Positions 17,788 to 24,886 of a DNA stretch of 32,000 bases are shown here, piece by piece. The position numbers were made by a program, and so were the translations under genes. Position 1 is the stretch's first letter; the number at the start of each line of letters is the position of its first letter. The notes under the pieces were generated by a model. That model had not been told where the DNA came from and did not search any database. It saw only the letters and a list, made by a program, of their open reading frames with translations. The DNA is from Fidelibacterota bacterium (GTDB lineage: Bacteria > Fidelibacterota > Marinisomatia > Marinisomatales > TCS55). The stretch is from assembly GCA_004124385.1 (NCBI GenBank), contig SCKN01000008.1, positions 14,648-46,647 on the forward strand. The letters run 5' to 3'.

Positions 17788-18675
17788 ATGTATAAAGTCT
17801 ATAAAATAACACTCACCCAATTTACACAATTTTTGATAATTATTTTTCTGGTCATCTCCTCCTGCAAAACACCCGCTCCGTATACACAGGAAGAAGCATA
17901 CCAGGAGAATGTGCAATATCTAAAGGCTCAAGCCACAGACCACTGGAACAAACGTTCGAATGGTAAAAAAGCTGTTATTGCCACCTTCTTTCTGGAAAAA
18001 GCACATTCCCACGAACCGGATAATCTGGAGTTGGCTTTATTATTATGCAGAGCCTACCATTATGAAGCATATTATATTGAAACTGATCCGGCTCAAAAAG
18101 ACAGCTTATATATGATGGGCGTTCGGCTAGCTCTACAATTAATTGAACTATCTCCGGCATATCAAAACATAATAACGTCTGCTCAAGGCGATTCAATGTT
18201 AAAAGTCATTGAGGCGATAACTGTTGTTGAAAAAAAATATATAAGCGCCATGTATTGGTGGGCAACTAATATGGGACGATATCTTTCATCTAAGTCTGTT
18301 CGTGTACGCCTCGATCATAGAGAGCTTGTTGAAGCAGTTATGCATCGTGTTTTATCACTTGATCCTGAATATTTCTATAGCGGTCCGCACCGATTTTTCG
18401 GCGCCTTTTACGCCCGTTTACCCGGAGTGGAGTTGTCCAGATCAGAAGAATATTTCCAAAAAGCAATTGACACTTTTCCTGATTATTTGGGAACCTATGT
18501 TTTAAGAGCACAGTTTTTACATACCAAAGCTGGGGAACGTAAAAAATTCAAAGCGGATCTGGAATTTGTTATCAATGCTGATCCAGCACGCCTTCCTGAT
18601 CTTATGCCTGAAAATCTATTCGAACAAAAAAAAGCCCAGCTTTTACTGAATGAAGAAGAAATGTTATTTGAGTAG
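17788..18675 (+). CDS. TPR-type lipoprotein, probably TatT-family (TRAP-T-associated TPR protein homologue)
   Basis: A lipobox-like signal is present (IIIFLVISSC). The C-terminal pattern FGAFYARLPGVELSRSEEYFQKAI...ADPARLPDLMPENLFEQKKAQLLL resembles the TatT family as I remember it. No TRAP transporter genes are in the window. Confidence 0.5.
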   Translation: MYKVYKITLTQFTQFLIIIFLVISSCKTPAPYTQEEAYQENVQYLKAQATDHWNKRSNGKKAVIATFFLEKAHSHEPDNLELALLLCRAYHYEAYYIETDPAQKDSLYMMGVRLALQLIELSPAYQNIITSAQGDSMLKVIEAITVVEKKYISAMYWWATNMGRYLSSKSVRVRLDHRELVEAVMHRVLSLDPEYFYSGPHRFFGAFYARLPGVELSRSEEYFQKAIDTFPDYLGTYVLRAQFLHTKAGERKKFKADLEFVINADPARLPDLMPENLFEQKKAQLLLNEEEMLFE

Positions 18676-18717
18676 AAATAGTTTGGGATTTCATTTAATC
18701 ATGTATCAAATTAGTCT

Positions 18718-19323
18718 ATGATGTTGTACGTTTTTGTATATACTATTCTTTTCATTTTGAGCGTTTTATTAATTGTGCTCATTCTCCCTGTTCGTATTCG
18801 CTTAACAGGTAGATTAAAATTGAAAGAATCTGATATCGAAGGCAATGTACGATTGCTGCTTGGATATCGTAAACGTGGTATTGGTATTGATATTTTACCG
18901 AAGAAAACCATTACCCTTGGTACGTATCAAAAACCGATTTTTGTAAAATCTCTTCAAAAAAATACCAAAAAGAATAAAAATCACAAACAAGAAAGTGACG
19001 AAAAATCATTAAAAGAAAAATATATGTCATTCCGAAAAATTCCTGTTATGCAATTGATCAAATCCGTCTTAAAATTAATCCATTGGGAAGAATTCTCCTT
19101 GAAAGGAAAGCTGGGCTTTTCTAACCCCATGTATACTGGTCTGGCTTTGGGTTTTTTAAATACATTTAAAGGATTAGTAAATCCACAAAAATTAATATTA
19201 GAATTAGAACCAATATTTTCCGATAAATTAAATACGGATGTTGAAGGAACAATACATATTCGATTGTCGCCGCTTATTACTGTTATCCAAGCAGGATTTA
19301 TTTATTATAAATTTCATAAATAG
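18718..19323 (+). CDS. DUF2953 / YtfI-like membrane protein
   Basis: It has an N-terminal TM helix and a K-rich linker. GFSNPMYTGLALGFLNTFKGL resembles the conserved Gly/Thr-Gly core of DUF2953. It sits immediately upstream of a GerW/YtfJ-like gene, as ytfI-ytfJ do in Bacillus. Confidence 0.5.
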   Translation: MMLYVFVYTILFILSVLLIVLILPVRIRLTGRLKLKESDIEGNVRLLLGYRKRGIGIDILPKKTITLGTYQKPIFVKSLQKNTKKNKNHKQESDEKSLKEKYMSFRKIPVMQLIKSVLKLIHWEEFSLKGKLGFSNPMYTGLALGFLNTFKGLVNPQKLILELEPIFSDKLNTDVEGTIHIRLSPLITVIQAGFIYYKFHK

Positions 19324-19334
19324 AAAGGATTGTT

Positions 19335-19721
19335 ATGAATGTAACAGATCTCATTAAAAGTACATTAGAAGAAGTTCAAAACCTTATGCTGACGCGAACT
19401 GTAGTAGGTGAACCGATTACGATAGGCGATGATACTATTATTCCTGTTTCCAAGGTTACATTTGGCTTTGGTGCCGGCGGAGGTGCAGGCATGGAATCGA
19501 AACAGTCTGGGGAAGGATCTGGAATCGCAGGCGGCTGGAGTATCGAACCCGTAGCTTTCGTAGTCCTTGGAAATGACGGTGCCAAAATGCTTACTGTAGG
19601 CGATAAGGAAAGTGTCGCCGGAAAATTGTTTGATCTTGCACCAAAAGTTATAGAAACCGTAAAAAAAATGGTGGATAATAAAACAGATAACACAAGCAAT
19701 GCAGAGGAGGAAACATCATGA
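19335..19721 (+). CDS. GerW / YtfJ-family protein
   Basis: VVGEPITIGDDTIIPVSKVTFGFGAGGGAG...GGWSIEPVAFVVLGNDGAKML is the characteristic GerW (Spore_YtfJ) pattern. AAAGGA lies upstream of the ATG. Confidence 0.7.
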   Translation: MNVTDLIKSTLEEVQNLMLTRTVVGEPITIGDDTIIPVSKVTFGFGAGGGAGMESKQSGEGSGIAGGWSIEPVAFVVLGNDGAKMLTVGDKESVAGKLFDLAPKVIETVKKMVDNKTDNTSNAEEETS

Positions 19722-20113
19722 TAAAAGATTTGAATGCAGCTGATATCATGACAAAAAAGCTGATTACGTTTACACCTGATACACAGGTCCTGAAAGCAAT
19801 TGACAAACTGATTTCCTATAGAATTTCAGGTGCGCCTGTTTTGGATGATAATGGAAATATGATAGGAATGCTTTCTGAAATTGACTGTATGCAAACCTTC
19901 GTACAATCTGCCTATCACAATGAAATTGGCGGGTTAGTAAAAGATTTCATGTCTTTAGAAGTGAAAACAATTACATCATTTATTGGAATTGTAGACCTTG
20001 CTGAATTTTTTCTGGAAACTCACTTTCGGCGACTTCCAGTAGTAGATAATGGGAAACTTGTGGGGCAGGTTAGTCGTAGAGATGTGTTAAGAGCGATTCA
20101 AAAACTATCATAG
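19718..20113 (+). CDS. Stand-alone CBS-domain pair protein
   Basis: Two CBS motifs are present (IMTKKLITFTPDT...ISGAPVLDDNGNMIGMLSEID and FMSLEVKTI...RRLPVVDNGKLVGQVSRRDVL). The start overlaps the upstream stop (ATGA) and is preceded by GGAGGA. Confidence 0.85.
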   Translation: MIKDLNAADIMTKKLITFTPDTQVLKAIDKLISYRISGAPVLDDNGNMIGMLSEIDCMQTFVQSAYHNEIGGLVKDFMSLEVKTITSFIGIVDLAEFFLETHFRRLPVVDNGKLVGQVSRRDVLRAIQKLS

Positions 20114-20123
20114 AAGATTAAAT

Positions 20124-20501
20124 ATGAAAAAATTCCCAATCCGATTCCTAGGTCTGCTGGCTGCACTTTTTCTAAATATAGCTATTGCAGGTGAAACTAA
20201 TAATGATGATGTCAATATTCTAATAAATAAAAGCATCATGGCTATACAAAATAAGGATTATGAAAAGGCACTATCATTTATTAACCAAGCTAAAAACGTT
20301 AATTATGATAATAATAATTATCGACTAACCAATAGTGATGATTCAACATTAGCAGAAATATATCAGATGGAAGGTCAATTACTGGAAATACTGGGTAAAA
20401 AAGGAGAAGCTATATCTGCTTGGTATAATTGTTTAAATTACGCAAAAACAGACGCATTAAAAAAAGAAGCAGAGGTTCACCTTAAACACTTGAGAGATTG
20501 A
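20124..20501 (+). CDS. Small secreted TPR-like helical protein (125 aa)
   Basis: Signal peptide MKKFPIRFLGLLAALFLNIAIA. Helical-hairpin text such as DYEKALSFINQAK and GEAISAWYNCLNYAK looks TPR-like. I recognise no family. Confidence 0.4.
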   Translation: MKKFPIRFLGLLAALFLNIAIAGETNNDDVNILINKSIMAIQNKDYEKALSFINQAKNVNYDNNNYRLTNSDDSTLAEIYQMEGQLLEILGKKGEAISAWYNCLNYAKTDALKKEAEVHLKHLRD

Positions 20502-20504
20502 TCT

Positions 20505-21188
20505 ATGAGAAGGGTTCTTGCTTTTATTTTTCTTTTTTTTCTTTATTCATGTGCCGATAAACCAGTCGTAAAACCAGATTTTGATTTTACCAGTATTGAA
20601 ACAATCGTTATTTATCCTACACCTGATTTCCGATCGTTCGCCGGTTCCGGGACCATTATAAATAAAAGTATAGTTTACCAATTAATGAAGATGGGAATTA
20701 ATATCGTTGAGCGGGAAACAACTCCGGCATTAATTAAAGAAGCATCATTATCACAAACTGGAATTACACAAAGCGAATTTGACGTTAAAATAACCTCATC
20801 TAACTTTGTTTTATTATGTACCCTTACAGAATTCAAGGATCATCAAGTAATCGTTGTGCCAATAAGAACAAGAAACAGAGGATCATCGGTGACAACTGTA
20901 GAAACGATTAACGAACCCATTATTACCAAAGATAAAATAGGCAATGAAATCGTGCACTACGAAACAACCACAACTGAAACAACGACTACGCAAAAGGGAT
21001 CATTGACTGAAAGAGAATCCGTAGAATATATTTCTTCACGAGTGGGAATGACAGTGCAACTTATCGATGTAGCAAACGGGGATGTACTTTGGACAAACAC
21101 GTATTGGTACACATCCATAAGCTTAACGAATGCTGTGCATGAATGTGTGTATGGCGCTCTTAAACCACTTGAGCAACTACTAAACTAA
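20505..21188 (+). CDS. Lipoprotein with a CsgG/LpoB-like fold signature and a Thr-rich insertion
   Basis: Lipobox LFFLYSC. IVIYPTPDF...IVYQLMKMGINIVERETTPALIKEASLSQTG follows the CsgG-like pattern (beta strand, helix, xxVER, L..E..L..tG). The late VQLIDVANGDVLW strand also fits. YETTTTETTTTQKG is a low-complexity insert. Confidence 0.45.
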   Translation: MRRVLAFIFLFFLYSCADKPVVKPDFDFTSIETIVIYPTPDFRSFAGSGTIINKSIVYQLMKMGINIVERETTPALIKEASLSQTGITQSEFDVKITSSNFVLLCTLTEFKDHQVIVVPIRTRNRGSSVTTVETINEPIITKDKIGNEIVHYETTTTETTTTQKGSLTERESVEYISSRVGMTVQLIDVANGDVLWTNTYWYTSISLTNAVHECVYGALKPLEQLLN

Positions 21189-21189
21189 T

Positions 21190-22212
21190 CTACCAAATAT
21201 CAATCAGATCTAATGAAAAGTGTTGCTCCAACTTTTCCAACATAAATGTTTTAACTTCTTCATGAACTTTTTCGGAAATGGATAGCACGCTCTTATTTAA
21301 TTCATAGTCTTTATAATATATATCCACTTTTGGTTCACGCTTTCTGGCTCGTTGGAAAAAGTCCTTATTCATCCTAAATACGCCTACAACTGCATCATAA
21401 ATCTGATCAACCGGTATTGCTTCAAATAGTTCATCAAGAAAGCGACCATATACTTTCTGCCATTGGGGAATTATCATAACCGGATCAAAACAAAGACGGA
21501 CTTTCCATCCTTTTTCCAGTGCTTGACGAACTGCATTTAACCGTCGATCTAATGGTGGTGTATCCCACTCATATTTTTCTATCACTTCCTGAGGTGACAG
21601 CGTCCAGCCCAATAGTACATTTTTATGAGGCTTCACATTTTTAAGTACATTAAAGAGTGCACTTTTTGTCCTAATCTCAATTAAAATATCCGATTGGGTT
21701 GAAGCAAATTCAATCCAGTGCCGACAAAATGGAATAATATTTTCAGATGCAAGTAAATCGGTATTGTAGGAAATAGACAAGACCAGCGGTTGATTTTTAT
21801 TTTTACGTTGTAACACCGCATTTCTAGCTGCTTTAAAGAAATCATCCTCATTAGCAAAGGCTACCAAGTTTGCTGAAGGATACATGCCCTGCAGAAAACA
21901 ATATTGGCAATTATAGAGACAATTCAGCAAGGGAGTTGTATAAACAAAATTTTCAAATCCAGCGTCTTGGAGTATGTCGGTGGATTCATACAAAAATGGT
22001 GGTTTTTTCACAGCTAAAATTAGGTTCATACTTTTTTTCTGCTGAATAAAATCCTGGCCGGAGCGGTTGAAAACAGTTTTATAATCGGGTATGTATATTT
22101 TTTCAGCTTTTGGGAATCGCTTTATAATATCTTTAGCGAGGGGATACTTTTCAGCTCCGTCTTCAATATAAATGTGTGAAAAATCAGGAAGAAAGTTTTG
22201 TGCAGATTTCAT
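21190..22212 (-). CDS. Radical SAM protein of the spore photoproduct lyase (SplB-like) family
   Basis: The CX3CX2C cluster motif is NCLYNCQYCFLQ (codons at 21898..21921). The CxYC-(Y/F)-LQ context, the N-terminal HIYIEDGAEKYPLAKDI and the 340-aa length match SplB as I recall it. Confidence 0.75.
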   Translation of the reverse strand: MKSAQNFLPDFSHIYIEDGAEKYPLAKDIIKRFPKAEKIYIPDYKTVFNRSGQDFIQQKKSMNLILAVKKPPFLYESTDILQDAGFENFVYTTPLLNCLYNCQYCFLQGMYPSANLVAFANEDDFFKAARNAVLQRKNKNQPLVLSISYNTDLLASENIIPFCRHWIEFASTQSDILIEIRTKSALFNVLKNVKPHKNVLLGWTLSPQEVIEKYEWDTPPLDRRLNAVRQALEKGWKVRLCFDPVMIIPQWQKVYGRFLDELFEAIPVDQIYDAVVGVFRMNKDFFQRARKREPKVDIYYKDYELNKSVLSISEKVHEEVKTFMLEKLEQHFSLDLIDIW

Positions 22213-23011
22213 AGAATATTTTTGATCGTTCTTGTTTTGAGTTTATTTCAATATGGAGATAATTAGATAGGAATGAAAAATCATCATCTTTGATGGCGAT
22301 ATACCCTTCAATTTTATTCTTTAATTGGTGTGTTTGCGTTTCAGTTAGCTTCAATGTGTTATTTAAATCTGTCAGTAAACGTTCATGCTGCTCATTTAAT
22401 AACGGCGCTCTAACTATTTCAGAGTTTTGCATCAATGTAATTATACTATCAAGTTTTGATAAATTATTGCTCATAATAGGGAGAACCTGTTCGGGGCTGT
22501 CCAAAACTTCATCCATATAATCAGAAACAATTTTTAAAAAAACTAAGCAATGGACCGGAAAAAACTCTACAGCTGTTTCAAAAATAACGGCCGCTTCCAT
22601 ATCCACCAGCCCTTTATATTTTTCGCCCCCATCCGTAACACCTTTAGAAACTGTCGTTAATTGTACTTCTGGAATTCCAGTCTTCAATAAAATATCGGGT
22701 AGCCATGCTTTTCCGCTTTTGTCAGACGTTATTTTATTAATTAAATACATTGTTCCAATTTTCGAAGAATCCTTTTTCCCTCCGGCAATGCCAATATTAA
22801 TAAGAATTGTATTTGAGCAAGCCAATTCTTGAAGAAAAGCACCCAACCGCTTACGGACATTTTTTTCCCCAACTCCTGTTGTTAAACATGTAATTCTTTC
22901 CCGTTGAAAATAAAACAATTTTTCAGAATGATGTTTTTTCTCTAATTGATACTGTTTAATGATTGGTTCTGCTTCAGATTGGAGAGCCGTAATGATAAGT
23001 AGGTGATTCAT
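22184..23011 (-). CDS. Nucleoside phosphorylase-superfamily protein (MTA/SAH nucleosidase-like) with a roughly 90-aa unrecognised C-terminal extension
   Basis: LLIITALQSEAEPI, TTGVGEKNV, NIGIAGG, VDMEAAV and KIVSD line up by eye with the E. coli MtnN boxes (IIGAMEEE, SGIGKV, TGSAGG, VEMEA, RAISD). Its 3' end overlaps the SPL-like gene by 29 nt. Confidence 0.65.
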   Translation of the reverse strand: MNHLLIITALQSEAEPIIKQYQLEKKHHSEKLFYFQRERITCLTTGVGEKNVRKRLGAFLQELACSNTILINIGIAGGKKDSSKIGTMYLINKITSDKSGKAWLPDILLKTGIPEVQLTTVSKGVTDGGEKYKGLVDMEAAVIFETAVEFFPVHCLVFLKIVSDYMDEVLDSPEQVLPIMSNNLSKLDSIITLMQNSEIVRAPLLNEQHERLLTDLNNTLKLTETQTHQLKNKIEGYIAIKDDDFSFLSNYLHIEINSKQERSKIFYEICTKLSS

Positions 23012-23027
23012 TGATATAATTTACATA

Positions 23028-23066
23028 ATAAAAGCCCCGTCACGAATAATCGAAACAGGGCTTTTA
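23028..23066 (-). terminator. Probable rho-independent terminator after the acidic T9SS cargo gene
   Basis: The minus strand reads AAAAGCCCTGTTTCGATTATTCGTGACGGGGCTTTTATTATG. The stem is AAAAGCCC/GGGCTTTT plus 2 further pairs beyond a mismatch, followed by a T-rich tail. It begins about 20 nt past the stop at 23087. Confidence 0.55.
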
Positions 23067-23086
23067 TTAAGTTTAAACGGGTGTAA

Positions 23087-24577
23087 TTATTTCAGCAATA
23101 GCGTCTTGGCTGTGTGCGTTTTTCCATTCACATTTACTTTAAACAAGTATACGCCCGAACTCATACTACGTCCGTTATCATTCTTTGCATCCCAACGCAC
23201 CTCGTGCTGACCAGGAATTTGAATGCCATTATACAGACTTCGAATCTTGTGGCCACTTACATCAAATACATTGATTGACACCGGCCCAGCTGAACCCATT
23301 TCATATTTCAGCGTTGTTGTTGGGTTGAATGGGTTGGGATAAGCCTGGTGCAGTTTGAATTGACCGGGTTGCAACCCAATTTCTCCGGCAATGGCTAATG
23401 GACCACTATAACTCATTTCCATCCAGAAATCGAGAGTGATGTCCTGGATATCCGTAATACCAAATTGCATTTCAAACATATCATAACAATTCAATGAATC
23501 ATAATAATAGTAATAATAATCATCTCCCATCATTTCACAAAAATCAAATTCAGATGAAAGAGATAACATATCATCTGTTACTTCATAGGCAAGAGAGATT
23601 GTATCAGACTCTTCATATCCATAATAATCATCATAATACATAAAAATGAGTGTAATCGAATCATCAGTCGCTGACCACTCAATCTCCGATGTATCGGAAT
23701 ATTCATAGTAACCGTAATAATAATCTTCTTCAATCCCTGACCATATTTCTAGGCCTGTTCCATCTTCAAAAAACTGCCAGGTCATGGTTTCATCATCACC
23801 CGGATCCGGACCAAAATCATCTGATAAAAAGGGCATTTCAAAGGGAGTACCCGCAACCAAGTCTACTGTGCCCGGAGCTAAAGTACCGTTTAATGTAAAG
23901 GATGTATCGCCATTTTCACTTGCAAATGTCAGTGCAGATATATCCACTCTCATTGTTGTTGTATCTATTGTAATATAATCGGCTCCATTCTCAATCCCAT
24001 ATAAATATTCAACTAATTCACCATCAACAGTATCAGCAATCACAAAAACAGTACTACCGGAACCCATAGATGATATATGCATAAACATGTACATTGGCAG
24101 TTCTAAATCTTCAGGAAAATCATCATAGTAACCGTAGTCGTCATAGTCACCTTCCATATTTAATGGATTATTAGATAATTGTACAATAACAATTTCTCCA
24201 TATCCATAAACATCCACAAACCCTGCTACCATAAAGTCCATCGTATCCACAGCAGACCCTGAAATGCCAACTCCGCCTTCTGCTGGCTCCATACCAGAAA
24301 GCTGCATGAAATTCAAAATTGTTTGATCTGTCCCCACTGTCATCCAAACTGTAGATCCTTCATCTTCATGCACCCATTCACCCAATAAGTCACTGGGATC
24401 CATCATGGAACGGTTAAAAGGCTTGCCGGGGATGTTTTTCCAGGAAAGAGCTTTTTTGGAAAATTGCTGTTGAATTTCTTGGGGGAAATTCTGAATTTGA
24501 TCTTTAAAAAGATTAGCAATATTATTTTCACCAAAACACATAGAAATAAATGTAATTGTAATGATTATCTGTTTCAT
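23087..24577 (-). CDS. Secreted, highly acidic Tyr/Asp-rich protein with a T9SS C-terminal sorting domain
   Basis: Signal peptide MKQIIITITFISMCFG. A strong SD (GGGAGGAAACC) precedes the ATG. The last 90 aa (23090..23359), FKLHQAYPNPFNPTTTLKYEM...GVYLFKV...KTLLLK, match the T9SS CTD. The body contains DDYGYYDD, EEDYYYGYYEYSD, MYYDDYYGYEESD and DDYYYYYYD. Confidence 0.75.
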   Translation of the reverse strand: MKQIIITITFISMCFGENNIANLFKDQIQNFPQEIQQQFSKKALSWKNIPGKPFNRSMMDPSDLLGEWVHEDEGSTVWMTVGTDQTILNFMQLSGMEPAEGGVGISGSAVDTMDFMVAGFVDVYGYGEIVIVQLSNNPLNMEGDYDDYGYYDDFPEDLELPMYMFMHISSMGSGSTVFVIADTVDGELVEYLYGIENGADYITIDTTTMRVDISALTFASENGDTSFTLNGTLAPGTVDLVAGTPFEMPFLSDDFGPDPGDDETMTWQFFEDGTGLEIWSGIEEDYYYGYYEYSDTSEIEWSATDDSITLIFMYYDDYYGYEESDTISLAYEVTDDMLSLSSEFDFCEMMGDDYYYYYYDSLNCYDMFEMQFGITDIQDITLDFWMEMSYSGPLAIAGEIGLQPGQFKLHQAYPNPFNPTTTLKYEMGSAGPVSINVFDVSGHKIRSLYNGIQIPGQHEVRWDAKNDNGRSMSSGVYLFKVNVNGKTHTAKTLLLK

Positions 24578-24597
24578 GGTTTCCTCCCGTTGATTTA

Positions 24598-24620
24598 ATT
24601 ATACATTAATTATGTATAAT
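24598..24620 (-). promoter_or_regulatory. Possible extended -10 (TGTATAAT) embedded in a 9-bp inverted repeat upstream of the acidic cargo gene
   Basis: The minus strand reads ...AATGTATAATTAAATCAACGGGAGGAAACCATG. The TATAAT (24598..24603) ends 20 nt before the ATG. The plus strand shows ATTATACAT-TAATT-ATGTATAAT, a 9-bp inverted repeat. I found no convincing -35. Confidence 0.3.
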
Positions 24621-24703
24621 ATACAGTTATTATTAATTTTATTCAAAATATTTTAAAATTTTTCTAAAGGACCTATGATTTCCAGCATTTGCAAAAATTT
24701 ATC

Positions 24704-24820
24704 TTAATATTTTTCTTTTTCGTCTCTGTCATCAGCAATGATAAGTCCGCAACGATATTGAATGTGTAATTGGTTTAAATATTGACGAATCTGATTTTCA
24801 GTAAATTTATCTTTCTTCAT
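24704..24820 (-). CDS. Speculative 38-aa small ORF, below the track's length cut-off
   Basis: My own translation is MKKDKFTENQIRQYLNQLHIQYRCGLIIADDRDEKEKY*. It is preceded by GAGAGGATGAGCC (AGGA-type SD). It lies in the 309-nt gap downstream of the sirtuin gene on the same strand. Confidence 0.2.
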   Translation of the reverse strand: MKKDKFTENQIRQYLNQLHIQYRCGLIIADDRDEKEKY

Positions 24821-24886
24821 GGCTCATCCTCTCTAAATCCTGTAGTTATACTACAATGGATAGGTATCAATGAACCGTACGCGTCG

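Noticed and set aside
21186-21192. Convergent stop codons of the lipoprotein gene (TAA, 21186..21188) and the SPL-like gene (TAG, 21190..21192), only 1 nt apart with no terminator
   Set aside because: The observation is real, but it is most simply explained by genome compaction. Any terminators would have to lie inside the opposing coding regions, and I could not identify any.
24621-24703. AAATTTTT...AAAAATTT inverted repeat and other A/T-only symmetry in the 309-nt gap
   Set aside because: These are composed only of A/T with a 28-nt loop. Such symmetry is expected by chance in sequence this AT-rich.
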